DNA of 64,000 nt from a virus (taxonomy: Duplodnaviria > Caudoviricetes): positions 10,896-74,895 of IMG/VR virus record IMGVR_UViG_2974513524_000001. The stretch is one strand, 5' to 3'. Below the pieces are notes generated by a model that had not been told where the DNA came from, searched no databases, and saw nothing but the letters and a program-made list of their open reading frames with translations. Made by a program: the position numbers and the translations under genes. Shown here in pieces: positions 1 to 10,969 of this stretch. Within the stretch, counting starts at the first letter, position 1; every line of letters starts with the position of its first letter.

Positions 1-1
1 G

Positions 2-3000
2 ATTCGCAGCAGCTTCTTCTTTGAAGGCGCCATAAGGCCCGTAGAGAGGTTCTACCAAGTTGGTCATAACATCTTTCAGATGTGCTTGGTGCGCCTCACT
101 GGCGATACGTGGAGAGGCTCCTTCCAGTGCTGTTACCACTTCTTGTGCAGTCATTGCATTGATGTGATCTACAGCATCTTCATAGGCCAAAGTCTTGGCA
201 TCACGAGTCTTACGCAGATCAGCAGCAGCTTTAAACAAGCCAGCTGACTGAGCTACCAGCATACCCAAGCCAGTTTCATTAGCCTTGGTGTTGCTACCAC
301 GGAACAACATACGAGCCAGCGAATCAACGAAGGCACGCATACCGGACCAAAGACCTTTGGCACGGCTTTGAATCTGAATGTTAGCCAGTACTTCTTGTTG
401 GAACCCTTGGTTGGTCAAACCCCAAGCCAGCAGTTCATGTACGTTGCCTACTGCATTCTGGTATTTACCAGACAGGGAGCCATTGGCTTCCATCAGTTCA
501 GCAGCTTTCAATCGCAGAGCTTCCAGATCGGCTACAGCCTGACCTACCGGATTGTTCTTGCCAGTATTTTCATCTACCAAACCAGCCAGAGCAGCATGGA
601 CCAATTCATGGGTCAGCATCTCAGGAGTGATACCCGACTCTACAAAGTCAGGGGATTTGACGTAGATAGCAGCAGCACCGGCTTCTTGGTGATACCAGCC
701 ACGTGCCTTACTCACACCAGTACCCAATGCACCATCAGGGGCAGTGTCTGGAGTGATGTAGTTCACTGGCATGCTTGGCTTAACTGTACGTTTGATCATC
801 TCCAGCAATTTGCCAGTGAATGGATCAGCATTCAGTGCAGCAAGCGAATCAACCAGTTCAGCAGCAGTCAGCTTGTTGGTAGCCAATACGTTGACCAGAT
901 CAACATTCGACTGCACCAGTGGAGTACCAACCTCACCCCAAACACTGAGTTTGCGAGTGTTGTCATTCACTTGATTTACCAGTTCAGCAGCTTGATGCTC
1001 AGGCAATACTGCTTTAGCAGCTTCCAACGTAACGTTGTTAGTCAGCATTGCTTCACGTACAGCTTGTACTTCTGGAGTTTGTTCCAGACGATCAAGAGTG
1101 TTTAGCGTGGTAGCAGGGCTGAGAGTTTCAACAGAGTTACGGCTCAATGCCTTAGCAGCAGCAGCTTTTAGATCAAGTGGCTGAGCTTTAGTCAGTTGAT
1201 CGATGTTAGCAGCAGATTGCTCAGCAGCACTGTCGAAGTTTTCACCAATCGAATCCAGCTGTTTCAGGGCAGCAGTACGGTCTGCATCGGTAACGATGTA
1301 GGAACCACCTTCTGTTGCGTACTGACCTACAGCCTGCATCGAAGCCAGCATGTTCAGCTTCTCGGTATCAGCTGCACGAGCAGTGTCACGAATAGCGGTC
1401 AGCTGTTCTTCAAAGGTGCCCAGCTTCTTCTGTGCCATTTCATTGGCCAGAGTCTTCAGCTTAGGTTGGATACGGGCAGCCAACTCAGGATCTTGCATCA
1501 GGTTGTCCAAGCCAGCCAACACGCGTTCCAGAGTCGAAACCATCTCAGCTGGTGCCGAGTAGTTCAGCATGTTATCGAAGGTGGCTTTGTTCAGCTTCTG
1601 GCCAACTTCTTGTGCTTGGTGCAGGTTTACACCCAAGGCATCGTGCACGTTCAATGCATTCATTTCACCGTATACCGACGAAGCAATCGACGAGTCAGTC
1701 GAGTGAATCGAGGTAATGAACGGTGCTACACCTGGGTCAGTAGCCTTGGTACGCAGACCATTTACCGAAGTGGTTGCACGATTAACTACAGAACCATCTT
1801 CTTGGTAGGTAGGCACTGCATCACCGAAGTAAGCCTGAGAGGTGAATGGGTCGGTACGATCCAGTTCACGTTTCGACTTGCTCATGTTCATACCAGCGGC
1901 CAATTGGTCACTTTGCTTGGACATTGCAGTTTGCAAGATAGGCTGCATATCGGTCAGACGATCATTGATCGCTTTGACCTCAGCAGTACTCAACGAGCTG
2001 AGAGCAGTTTGCTTACCAGTCTTACCGGTACGACGTGCAATGCTAGTCGAGGTTTCCTCAGCTTGTTCAGTCAGAGCTGTGTAAGCAGCATCGTACAGAC
2101 GGAAAGCCAGTTGAGCAGTCTTATTCACAGTGTCACGACGAGCGATGAACAGACCGTAGTTGTCTTTCAGCGAGTCTTCTACTTTGCTACCCAGCATCTC
2201 ATGGAATGTAGCTTTGATTGCGTCCACTTGACCTTGAGTCAGGTTGGTTTGCATTGCTACATCGATACCCATGTTCGCATCAAGGTGCAAACCTTTGAAG
2301 CGAGTCAGAGTGTTCACAGCGTTCAGCAGAGTACGCATTGCCTCAGGATCTTTAGCCTTGGCAGCATCTTCCATTTTCGAGTAGATGGATTCAATGAAAC
2401 CATCTGCCATGCCCTGTACAGCAGTAAGGGTGTTCGAACCGAACATCATTGCAGTCAGTGGCTTTTTGATGACATTACGACCTTTCGAAGATACAGCGCC
2501 TTCTTCTGTCAGCAACTGGCCAGTAACTACCTGCAAAGCGTTAAGCAAAGCTGGGTCAGTACCATCCAGACGCTTAAGAGCATCAGACACAGTAGATTCA
2601 TAGAGGTCATGGTTACCCATGCCTTTGTAGTCGTTGAACTGGATCAGTTCATTGCCATTGGCATCCAACGCACCCTGCGGAATGAAACCACCTTGGGTCA
2701 TTACGTCGAAGCCTTTAGCACCCAGCATCATCAGGGACAGCATTGGACCGTTAGTCAAACCATCCACTTCTGCCATCAGAGTGGTGTTGAACTTACCGTC
2801 TTGTGCGTTCTGCATATGAGCCAGAGATACCAGAGCATCCAGCGAATGCATGTTCTCGCCAGCTTCTGCTACACCAGCAACGATTACATCTTCGTTAGGG
2901 TTGGTTGCTTCACCACGCAGGATTGTAGCCAGCTCGTTTACAGCAGCTTGGATACCCGGAGTGTTGACCTTAGCATCGTACGCAGGTAGCACCAGTGCAG

Positions 3001-6000
3001 TGGACTTGGCTTCAGTTTTCACACCGAAGGCTTCCAGTACACGCAGCTTGAAGTTGTTGAATTGAACTGGATCATTGATATCTACAGACGACTCCCAACC
3101 TTCCATAGCCAGCATATGGCGATGAACCTTGGAGGTCTGTGGGTTGATCACGTTAGTGTTCAGACCTACACGCTGTGGCATCCATACAGAGCGACCGAAG
3201 TACAGAGGTTGCTCAATACCTTCAGTGGTTGGGTCATTAGTCATCTTCTCTACGAAGGACTTGAAGTTATCCACCTGATCAATCAAGCCAGCATTCTTGG
3301 CATCACGCGAAGCCAGGTTATATGCATGGGTTGGGTTGTCAGTAGTGTCGATAACACCAGCAATCTTGTAGAGAGCATCAGACGACAGAACACCAGCAAT
3401 CTGGTTCATATCCTGACGTACGAAGTGCTTTTTAGAGCCTTCTTTGTCCAGAATCTTAGCCAGAGTGGATGGAATCTCACGGTTGGTACGCTTAGCGTAA
3501 GCCTGATCGAATTTCACTGGTTCATAGCTTGGCTCTTTGCCAGCAGCTTCTACAGAGAACAGTTTGTTTACAACAGACTGCGAGCCAGTAGTGGCTTCGC
3601 GAATCTTACGTACAACCTCGTTGGCTACATCACGGTCATTCACTTTCTCACTGGCTACAGTGACGAAGGTGTGTACTGCATTGGAGACAGCAGGATCTTG
3701 AGTGTTCATCAGACGTTGCATGGTTGCATCGCTGATCTCAGTACGCTTGATTAGGCCAGCACGGGCCATTGCACCAATGGCTTGAATGCCAAGTGCAGTT
3801 TCCAGTCGCGCAGTGTCAGACGCCGACGCTTCTGGCTTAGCTCGCAGGCCAAGGGCTTGTGCAATGCGTGCACCAAGTTGGTTGGCAACAACGTCTTCAC
3901 GTGTACCAATCCGACCAAGAGTGCGGTAGGCATCAGGGGATACTTCATCATCAATGTCTCGGTTCAGGATCATATTGATCCCGGCATCAGTGTTGTAGAG
4001 GTTCCCAGCATTTTCGCTCAGCCACGAGAACATGCCGTAGCTGATAGCAGTACGGGCGTTTTCGTCTACCGAACCATCCTCATTAATGAGGTACTGGGCG
4101 TAGTCTTGGAAACGGAACTCAGGGCTACGACGACGAGTGAAACCAGCAACTACGTGCTTATCTACCAGTCGAGCGAAGCCAAAGAAGTTATTGATAGCTG
4201 CACGTTGAGGGCCAGCAATCTCACCTTTCTGAGCCAGGAAGTCTTGCACACGTACTTCACCAGCACGAAGTTTGGAAGCGAAGTTAGGCACCGAAACCAA
4301 TGGTTTATTGGATGCGTCCAGCTCCGATCCAGCGTTCTGAGTGAACAACTCACCTACAAGGTTTACTTGTTGACGATTTTCAGCAGTAACAGCTTCACCA
4401 GTTGATTGCTTAACAGCAGTCAGCTCACCAGTTTCATTTACAACTGGCGCTGGTTCTTCGGTTGTTTGTTGTTCTGCGTTAGGTACAGCAGTGTCAACCC
4501 GCTGATCATCACTGACAGCAGTATCAGTAGGAACGGTAGTAGTTTCAGCATCTGTAGTCTCTTGTACCGGAGCAGCCTGTACTTCTGGCAGCTTAGGAGC
4601 AGCAGTAACCATGGCTTGGAATGCATTGGCATTCTTGGTCAGCACGTCAGCTTCAGCAGCTACGTCAGCAGCCAAGCGGAAAGAGGTTGGACCTACCATC
4701 AGGCCACCAGCTTTACGAGTGTCAGCCGGACCCATATCAGTCTGTACCCAGTTCCCAGTGGAATCAGGTGCAATGCTGATTTGGTTGTTAGTGCCTTTCA
4801 CTTGTTCGTAAGCTTGTGCCAAAGCAGTAGCTTTACTCACACGACTGGTAGCAAAGCTATTCAGGGAATCAACCTGAGCTTGTGCAGCTTCGGTATTGCC
4901 ATCAGTGATGGCCATGCGAATAGCGTTACGGTACTGCTCCAAGCCTTTGAAGCCAGAACCACCGTTGATCACATCCGAACGTACACCTGCCCGACCTTTA
5001 AAAGCATCAGTAGCTTCTTGAGCTTCACTGAACGAAGCCATTGCTTGGCGTTGCTCAGTAGACAAGCTTTCATTACCTGCCATGGCTTGAGCCATCTCAG
5101 TAGTGATAGCGTCCGGGTTGGTCATTGTCAGGGTAAGTACACGGTCAGCAGCTTGTACATCACCAGTGTTGGCTTGCTCTACGAGCGAGTCCACATCAGG
5201 AGTGCTATCCGTAAACAGACGCTGCGAAGCTTCCTGTACAGAATCCAGTTGGTTTTGCAGTTGGAACGCTGTGGCTTCATCAGCTTTACGTTTAGCTGGG
5301 GTGTAAGCCTCTGCTGCTTTGATAGCATCAGCTACTGCTTTCTTATCAGAAGCAGTACCGTTGTTATCTTCAAGCCATTGAGCAGTCTCACGAAGATCAG
5401 CTACGCCTTCCTCAGAGTACATTTCCATACGTGCTTGTACGTTGGACAAGTCACTGTTCAAGTCTTTGTAGATCTGATCTGCTTTAGCAGTGTTAGCGTC
5501 TACAGTGGCTTGGTCAGCATCTTTACTCAGCTCACCCAGAGCTTGTACAGCCCGAGTTGGATCAACCCGAGCAAGATCGCTGATATCGCCAGAAGCAACG
5601 GACTGTTGGAAAAGGTCTTCCACATTTTGGTTAGCCTCAATTTTTTCAGCGGCAGAGTTTGCAGTGCCAGCCGCACGCGAACCACCAGCAGCAGCCAATT
5701 GGAAGTTGCCACCAACCAGTGCACCAATAGTTGCGCCCTCCACGATTTCCTCAATCGTAGGTTCTTCAAGTTTTGCACGAGCTTCTGCATAGGTCTGGTA
5801 ACCCTCAGTTACGCCTTCGCGTGTACCTGCACCAGCAACCGATGCAGCACCTGCTCCAATACCTTTGCCAGAGTTCTTGAACCCTTTGATAAGGGATACG
5901 TCACCAACCATCTCAGCAGCAGCTGCGGATGCGGCAAACAAGCCCATCTCAGCACGCTCAGATTCGTTAGGAAGTTGACCTTCATTCTTGTCTGCGTATT

Positions 6001-6817
6001 CAGTGATACCTTCACGGTAGGCATCGAAGCCATAACCAGCATTGGTTGCAGTGAGTGCAGCAGGGTTGTACATGGCTGCAACGATCTGAGGTACGTTTTC
6101 TACAACGTATTCAGTAACAGCGCCTGGGTCTTGTGCACCAGTGCTGATTGCACTGCCGATAGTACGGAATAAACCAGCAGCACCATCTTTAGCAGCATCT
6201 GTGTACTCACCTTTATCGAACGATTCCTTGGCGTCACGAATTTGCTGAACACTGTCAGCAGTTTCATTACGCAGGTCATCAGACAGGCGATCACGTCGAG
6301 TAGTATCGACAATCCCGGAGATATCAAAGAAGTCAGCGACTTTCTTACCTACTTGCTGCAAGCCAGTAGAGCCTTGCAGACGTTCACGGTAAGTCTGTGG
6401 AATACCGTCATCAAGAGGTGCAGTTTGATCCAACAGTGCATCATCACCCGGCTGAACTTCACCAGTGAGAGAACGGTTATATGCTTGGATTTGAGCTTCT
6501 GGCACAGTGCCTTGAGCCATGCCAGCAATCAGGTCAATTGGCAGAGTAGCCACGTTACCTACAGTACGGCTAGCACCAGACAACAGAGAAGCGCCAAGGT
6601 TAATGCCCTGAGCAGCAGTATCTTCTGCGTCAAGGCCCATCTTACCAATCCAGGCATCTTGCACATTGCGCTCTTTACGAGCCTGCAAGGTAGCCATATC
6701 GGCAAGCTTGATCTCGGCTACATCAGCAAAAAGGGGGCGGTACTCTGTAGCACCAACCCCCTGAGCTTCTTGCACCGGGTCAAGGATGGAAGTGTAACCA
6801 TTTCCAGTCTTGGCCAC
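2..6817 (-). CDS. Virion-encapsidated RNA polymerase (N4 gp50-like), runs off the window start
   Basis: Not in the ORF track because it lacks a stop in the window. GTG start at 6817 with AGGAG 7 nt upstream. The segments I translated by hand are in frame and give motif A AEVDGLTNGP (~2745-2775), motif B RNVIKKPLTAMMFG (2438-2479), motif C NVHDA (~1637-1651) and NPQTSKVHR. Position matches N4-like genomes. Confidence 0.95.
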   Translation of the reverse strand, partial: MAKTGNGYTSILDPVQEAQGVGATEYRPLFADVAEIKLADMATLQARKERNVQDAWIGKMGLDAEDTAAQGINLGASLLSGASRTVGNVATLPIDLIAGMAQGTVPEAQIQAYNRSLTGEVQPGDDALLDQTAPLDDGIPQTYRERLQGSTGLQQVGKKVADFFDISGIVDTTRRDRLSDDLRNETADSVQQIRDAKESFDKGEYTDAAKDGAAGLFRTIGSAISTGAQDPGAVTEYVVENVPQIVAAMYNPAALTATNAGYGFDAYREGITEYADKNEGQLPNESERAEMGLFAASAAAAEMVGDVSLIKGFKNSGKGIGAGAASVAGAGTREGVTEGYQTYAEARAKLEEPTIEEIVEGATIGALVGGNFQLAAAGGSRAAGTANSAAEKIEANQNVEDLFQQSVASGDISDLARVDPTRAVQALGELSKDADQATVDANTAKADQIYKDLNSDLSNVQARMEMYSEEGVADLRETAQWLEDNNGTASDKKAVADAIKAAEAYTPAKRKADEATAFQLQNQLDSVQEASQRLFTDSTPDVDSLVEQANTGDVQAADRVLTLTMTNPDAITTEMAQAMAGNESLSTEQRQAMASFSEAQEATDAFKGRAGVRSDVINGGSGFKGLEQYRNAIRMAITDGNTEAAQAQVDSLNSFATSRVSKATALAQAYEQVKGTNNQISIAPDSTGNWVQTDMGPADTRKAGGLMVGPTSFRLAADVAAEADVLTKNANAFQAMVTAAPKLPEVQAAPVQETTDAETTTVPTDTAVSDDQRVDTAVPNAEQQTTEEPAPVVNETGELTAVKQSTGEAVTAENRQQVNLVGELFTQNAGSELDASNKPLVSVPNFASKLRAGEVRVQDFLAQKGEIAGPQRAAINNFFGFARLVDKHVVAGFTRRRSPEFRFQDYAQYLINEDGSVDENARTAISYGMFSWLSENAGNLYNTDAGINMILNRDIDDEVSPDAYRTLGRIGTREDVVANQLGARIAQALGLRAKPEASASDTARLETALGIQAIGAMARAGLIKRTEISDATMQRLMNTQDPAVSNAVHTFVTVASEKVNDRDVANEVVRKIREATTGSQSVVNKLFSVEAAGKEPSYEPVKFDQAYAKRTNREIPSTLAKILDKEGSKKHFVRQDMNQIAGVLSSDALYKIAGVIDTTDNPTHAYNLASRDAKNAGLIDQVDNFKSFVEKMTNDPTTEGIEQPLYFGRSVWMPQRVGLNTNVINPQTSKVHRHMLAMEGWESSVDINDPVQFNNFKLRVLEAFGVKTEAKSTALVLPAYDAKVNTPGIQAAVNELATILRGEATNPNEDVIVAGVAEAGENMHSLDALVSLAHMQNAQDGKFNTTLMAEVDGLTNGPMLSLMMLGAKGFDVMTQGGFIPQGALDANGNELIQFNDYKGMGNHDLYESTVSDALKRLDGTDPALLNALQVVTGQLLTEEGAVSSKGRNVIKKPLTAMMFGSNTLTAVQGMADGFIESIYSKMEDAAKAKDPEAMRTLLNAVNTLTRFKGLHLDANMGIDVAMQTNLTQGQVDAIKATFHEMLGSKVEDSLKDNYGLFIARRDTVNKTAQLAFRLYDAAYTALTEQAEETSTSIARRTGKTGKQTALSSLSTAEVKAINDRLTDMQPILQTAMSKQSDQLAAGMNMSKSKRELDRTDPFTSQAYFGDAVPTYQEDGSVVNRATTSVNGLRTKATDPGVAPFITSIHSTDSSIASSVYGEMNALNVHDALGVNLHQAQEVGQKLNKATFDNMLNYSAPAEMVSTLERVLAGLDNLMQDPELAARIQPKLKTLANEMAQKKLGTFEEQLTAIRDTARAADTEKLNMLASMQAVGQYATEGGSYIVTDADRTAALKQLDSIGENFDSAAEQSAANIDQLTKAQPLDLKAAAAKALSRNSVETLSPATTLNTLDRLEQTPEVQAVREAMLTNNVTLEAAKAVLPEHQAAELVNQVNDNTRKLSVWGEVGTPLVQSNVDLVNVLATNKLTAAELVDSLAALNADPFTGKLLEMIKRTVKPSMPVNYITPDTAPDGALGTGVSKARGWYHQEAGAAAIYVKSPDFVESGITPEMLTHELVHAALAGLVDENTGKNNPVGQAVADLEALRLKAAELMEANGSLSGKYQNAVGNVHELLAWGLTNQGFQQEVLANIQIQSRAKGLWSGMRAFVDSLARMLFRGSNTKANETGLGMLVAQSAGLFKAAADLRKTRDAKTLAYEDAVDHINAMTAQEVVTALEGASPRIASEAHQAHLKDVMTNLVEPLYGPYGAFKEEAAAN

Positions 6818-6834
6818 TATATAACTCCTATAGG

Positions 6835-8118
6835 TTAATTATCTTCTTCGCGTTCTGGCATCATCTCCAAACCCTGACGGGCCTTGAGATCCCAACTGTT
6901 GTCGGTGCCTGGTGAACGTAGTGTACCCGATAAGTTATCGAGACTGATAGAGCTTCGGCTATTCAGCAAACCAGACTTCTTGTCGCTCAAGCTCTTAGCG
7001 ATATTACGCAAATTGCTCTGTGCTTCACTGGCTTGGATAGCTCGTACACCCAGTTGTGGGTTACGTTCATACATCTCACGGAAGTACGAGTTGATGCTAT
7101 CAGCTGTACCACCAGAGAAGAAGTTGAAGTCTCCTTTATGTACATCAACAAACTGTTGCATTTGGGATGGCGTAATCTTGATTCGTTGAGCTGGAGTATC
7201 TGCATCCAGCTTGACTTCAACACCATCAGTAAGCAGCTTTTGGATAGTTTCCTGAGCTTGTCGCTTACTATTGCTGGTGAAACCAATCAAAGGATTAGCA
7301 GTGTCTTCCAGCTGTTTCATGATAACGCTGGTATCTTTTGGAGCATCCAGGCTGATTTTGCCACCTGGGTTAATGGCTTCAGCTTGTGCCATCTGATTTT
7401 TTACATCAGTCAGTGCACTATCCAACACTTGGTTAGTCCGCTTAAACACACGGTCTTCACGCAAGTCATTGAATTGTTCACGGCGTAGCTCACGGTTTTC
7501 CTTAGCCGCAGACATAGACTCAGCAAACTGAGCCTCGCTACGTCGTTCGCCACGGGCAGCACGAGCTTGACCTTCAGCAGCATACTCACGTTGAGTTTGC
7601 TTATCGAAGACACCATCCAGCTCACTCGCCAGCTTACCTTCTTGCAGGAAGTTCACTTCACCCAGCATCTTGTCTACGCCAGCTTTGTCACCATCGCGTG
7701 CGTATTGATACAGCTGTTCAACCAATGGACGTTGTTCACGCTCAAGGGTCATGTCAGCAAACTGGTTTTGTTGTACTTCCTGTTTCATCAGGTCAGCAGC
7801 ACGCTGATCTACAGCATTACGAGCTGCACCACGATCAATCAGATTGCCGTAGCTCAGTCGTGCGGTATCCAACTGCTGACGAGTCTCAGGATTAGTCAAG
7901 TCACCAGCAGTGCCAATGGCAGCTACTTGATCAAGATAATCCTGAGTGTTGTTGTCTCGCAAAACCTTTTGGTTTCGCACATTGATTGCTTGTTGGTCGG
8001 CGGCTAGGCGTTGCAGAGACTGGAGTCCCTGCTGAATCATTTGCCCACCAGAGGCAGCAAGGTTGCCTGCCCCCATATCACCGCCACCAACGGTACGCCA
8101 TGTGATGGGTCCGGCCAT
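6835..8118 (-). CDS. Virion/ejection protein (N4 gp51-like position)
   Basis: 427 aa helical protein starting MAGPITWR, directly upstream of vRNAP. Confidence 0.7.
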   Translation of the reverse strand: MAGPITWRTVGGGDMGAGNLAASGGQMIQQGLQSLQRLAADQQAINVRNQKVLRDNNTQDYLDQVAAIGTAGDLTNPETRQQLDTARLSYGNLIDRGAARNAVDQRAADLMKQEVQQNQFADMTLEREQRPLVEQLYQYARDGDKAGVDKMLGEVNFLQEGKLASELDGVFDKQTQREYAAEGQARAARGERRSEAQFAESMSAAKENRELRREQFNDLREDRVFKRTNQVLDSALTDVKNQMAQAEAINPGGKISLDAPKDTSVIMKQLEDTANPLIGFTSNSKRQAQETIQKLLTDGVEVKLDADTPAQRIKITPSQMQQFVDVHKGDFNFFSGGTADSINSYFREMYERNPQLGVRAIQASEAQSNLRNIAKSLSDKKSGLLNSRSSISLDNLSGTLRSPGTDNSWDLKARQGLEMMPEREEDN

Positions 8119-8120
8119 GA

Positions 8121-8639
8121 TTAAGTAATCCGATTCTTAGCAAGGTAGGAGTCAACAGACTCGTAAGCGTTCGGGTTAGCAGCTACACGTGCACGCTGAC
8201 GGTCTTCCAACTGAGTGTTGGTAGTCTGCCGTTGTGCGTTGTAGTTGGCATCGAACTGCCGTTTGCTTTCTTTGAACCGATCTTCAGCCATGCTCAGTTG
8301 CTTGTTGCCTTGGATCGCACCAAAGATGGTACTAGCGATACCAGCAGCTGGGCCAACCCAACCACCAGACGCTACACCTTTATCATCCAAGCCACCAAAC
8401 ATGCCCGACTGAGAAAACAGTCCTTTATCCGCAAACAGCGAGCTAAACAGGTTAGCTACACCGGATGCTGGAGCAGCAGCTACAGTTGGACCACCTGCCG
8501 ATGCACCAATATTAGCTGCAAGAGAAGCTGGTGCACCTGAGCCATAGCTCATGCCTGGGAGTCCGTTACCCAATCCAAATTGGAAGGGGCTTTCTTCCTC
8601 CGTGATACCCAAATTAAGATTCGGGAAGTAGTTCGCCAT
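8121..8639 (-). CDS. Small virion/ejection protein (N4 gp52-like)
   Basis: Gly/Ala-rich hydrophobic stretch followed by the C-terminal NTQLEDRQRAR segment typical of N4 gp52; synteny. Confidence 0.75.
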   Translation of the reverse strand: MANYFPNLNLGITEEESPFQFGLGNGLPGMSYGSGAPASLAANIGASAGGPTVAAAPASGVANLFSSLFADKGLFSQSGMFGGLDDKGVASGGWVGPAAGIASTIFGAIQGNKQLSMAEDRFKESKRQFDANYNAQRQTTNTQLEDRQRARVAANPNAYESVDSYLAKNRIT

Positions 8640-10914
8640 TATCAAAATCTCCTTCTACATCAGTGAGTTTAGGCAATTGAAGTGCATATGTATGGTAGTA
8701 CTCCACCAGTTCATACGAAGATGCTCCAATATTACCTGAGTGCACAGTACGAGAGTAGTAATCCTGCGGACTCTCCCCAAATATCGTATCAGGCACCAGT
8801 GCAATCAGATCTAGACCATCTAGACCTTGGAATTGCGGATTCAATCCTAACTGATCTCGTTGTTCCTTCAAGCTATCAAACTGACCAGATGTGTACTCTT
8901 GGAACTCCATGATTTCATCTTGAATATCTTCAACCATTTTGCCCATAGCAGCAGTGGATTGACGTGCAAGACCATTGCCAATGGCAATCAGGGACTCGCC
9001 CCAAGTGCTGTTAGCCGGTGCACCAAAACCAGTGTAAGCACCGTATGCCATAGCAGCTACCGCAGCGATGAAACCAATCTCAGGACCAAACTTTTTCACA
9101 AATAGTTTGATGGCCAATTGGATGATGATGGCATTTAGGATCATAGAGATGATCGTAATAACCAGTGCTGTAGTACTGATTGCAGCAGCTGCAACAATGG
9201 TTTGCCATGCAGTACCAGCTGAGAAGACAGTGATCACCACAGCTACAATGATCATTACCCACTTAAAGATACCGGACTGATACCACTCAGTTTTAATTAC
9301 CTGAACAGTGTTAACCAGCATGTGCATAGCACGGCATACCAGCTGTTCCCGGTTAGGGACAGAGATAGTACGCATGATATTGCGATCTACTGGGATCAAC
9401 AGCTCAGGGTCGGTGCCTTGTGCACCAAAACCCTTTTTATAGTGAACGTTATAGTCAATACGTAACCCGTATACAGCGATCTCTTCATACATAGAATCAA
9501 GCACTTGGCGTCGATAGATGTATGCAGGTTGTCCATTACTCTGTACAGCCATAGCTGTACCAGTAGGGGTAATCTTCATAAAGTTTTGAGCAGTAATAGG
9601 CACCACACCATAGGTGCTAGTGTAAGTACCCACTTTCCCAATGCTGCCCGGAATACGTTTCTTGGTAATACCCGAATACTGTAGGGTCTGACCAAAAGCA
9701 TTATCTGAGATGTACTGAATCTGGCTTGGGCTTGTAGAGAATGCCTGGAACTTTTCATTCAAATTGTCAGCGATTTGAATCTGAGACAGGCTATTCTCAT
9801 GCATCAGAGTGAAGTGCTTAAACAGGTACTCAATACATGCTTTATGTTGATCACCTGGATGTACACCCAGTTGCAGAATGCACTGAGCTACCTGAGCTAC
9901 ATCAGGGTCAGCTTCTACAGCCTCAAGCATCTGATCGTAGTTCACACCCAAGAACTTGGCGTAGCCCTTACAGCTCTTGTAGATCTCCGGCATAAACCGT
10001 TCAGACACAATCTGGTCGCGGATACGGAAGTAAATCCAAGGGTAGTACTCACCAAAACCTTCGCCTAGCTCAAGCTGGTAGATAGCGTCGAGTGCTGGAT
10101 AAGTCCCTGCACCGTTGAGGTATGTAAAGAATGCATCCTTACCATCAGCACGTGTGTACCGTACTTGGTGATAGTCACCCTGCTCTGCAATACCTTCGAT
10201 TGGCACTGTCAGCCCACGTTCAACGAAGTTACCGTCCGCATCGACAAACTCATAGGTCACTGTGACGTAATCTTCTACAGCAGTCGCACTGACCTCGTAC
10301 GCAGGCTGTGGAGCGTACGCACCAATACCCAATGGCTTGAGTGCTGTATATGGCTTGGAAGGCGTCCAGCCTGATTGTGGGGACGGCCCGAGCTGTTCCA
10401 GTACACCCATATCAAACGTCTGCACCATGAAGTCATACGACTCCTGCGTGTAGGTAGCTCGCATGTCTTTCAGATAGCACTTGAAACCAGTGGTCGCACT
10501 GAGTGCTTCGATCTCATTCGTCAGGGTGTTGTACTGGTGGGTATTAACCAACCAAGTCCACCCATAGTGCAATGAGTTCATAGGACCAAAGCGGTAGTAC
10601 CGAGGGCTAATAGCACCACCTTCATTGACTGCAATGAGGCGCATAACTGCGTCACGTGCTGTGATGTTGGAGACTACAGCAGCTCGTGGGATACCTGTGG
10701 CGTAGTTATTCTTTTTAGCCCAAGCCAAGCCAGTATTGATCTTGATACCAATAGAGCTGGACAGTTCTTCCATGATGTACTCATTGATATCCCCTTCCGC
10801 AGTGATGCCTTTCACAATGCCTTGCAAAGCAGAGTGAGGGATCAAGCGTTCTTCGAAAATCTTCTGTACCGTCACGTTGACGACGTACTTCTTCTTGCTA
10901 CTGAACCAACCCAT
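8614..10914 (-). CDS. N4 gp53-like virion protein
   Basis: MGWFSSKKK start with GGAG RBS; C-terminal hydrophobic helices after WYQSGIFK; synteny. Confidence 0.8.
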   Translation of the reverse strand: MGWFSSKKKYVVNVTVQKIFEERLIPHSALQGIVKGITAEGDINEYIMEELSSSIGIKINTGLAWAKKNNYATGIPRAAVVSNITARDAVMRLIAVNEGGAISPRYYRFGPMNSLHYGWTWLVNTHQYNTLTNEIEALSATTGFKCYLKDMRATYTQESYDFMVQTFDMGVLEQLGPSPQSGWTPSKPYTALKPLGIGAYAPQPAYEVSATAVEDYVTVTYEFVDADGNFVERGLTVPIEGIAEQGDYHQVRYTRADGKDAFFTYLNGAGTYPALDAIYQLELGEGFGEYYPWIYFRIRDQIVSERFMPEIYKSCKGYAKFLGVNYDQMLEAVEADPDVAQVAQCILQLGVHPGDQHKACIEYLFKHFTLMHENSLSQIQIADNLNEKFQAFSTSPSQIQYISDNAFGQTLQYSGITKKRIPGSIGKVGTYTSTYGVVPITAQNFMKITPTGTAMAVQSNGQPAYIYRRQVLDSMYEEIAVYGLRIDYNVHYKKGFGAQGTDPELLIPVDRNIMRTISVPNREQLVCRAMHMLVNTVQVIKTEWYQSGIFKWVMIIVAVVITVFSAGTAWQTIVAAAAISTTALVITIISMILNAIIIQLAIKLFVKKFGPEIGFIAAVAAMAYGAYTGFGAPANSTWGESLIAIGNGLARQSTAAMGKMVEDIQDEIMEFQEYTSGQFDSLKEQRDQLGLNPQFQGLDGLDLIALVPDTIFGESPQDYYSRTVHSGNIGASSYELVEYYHTYALQLPKLTDVEGDFDNGELLPES

Positions 10915-10925
10915 TTTGTACTCCA

Positions 10926-10952
10926 AAGAAAAAGGGGACTCGAAAGTCCCCT
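10926..10952 (-). terminator. Rho-independent terminator
   Basis: Minus strand AGGGGACT-TTCG-AGTCCCCT followed by TTTTCTTT. Confidence 0.8.
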
Positions 10953-10969
10953 CATGTTAGCAACTAGTG

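Noticed and set aside
368-6838. Long plus-strand ORFs (245, 597, 230, 207, 588 and 198 aa)
   Set aside because: Antisense shadows of the vRNAP gene; Ser/Phe/Cys-rich composition and no recognisable motifs
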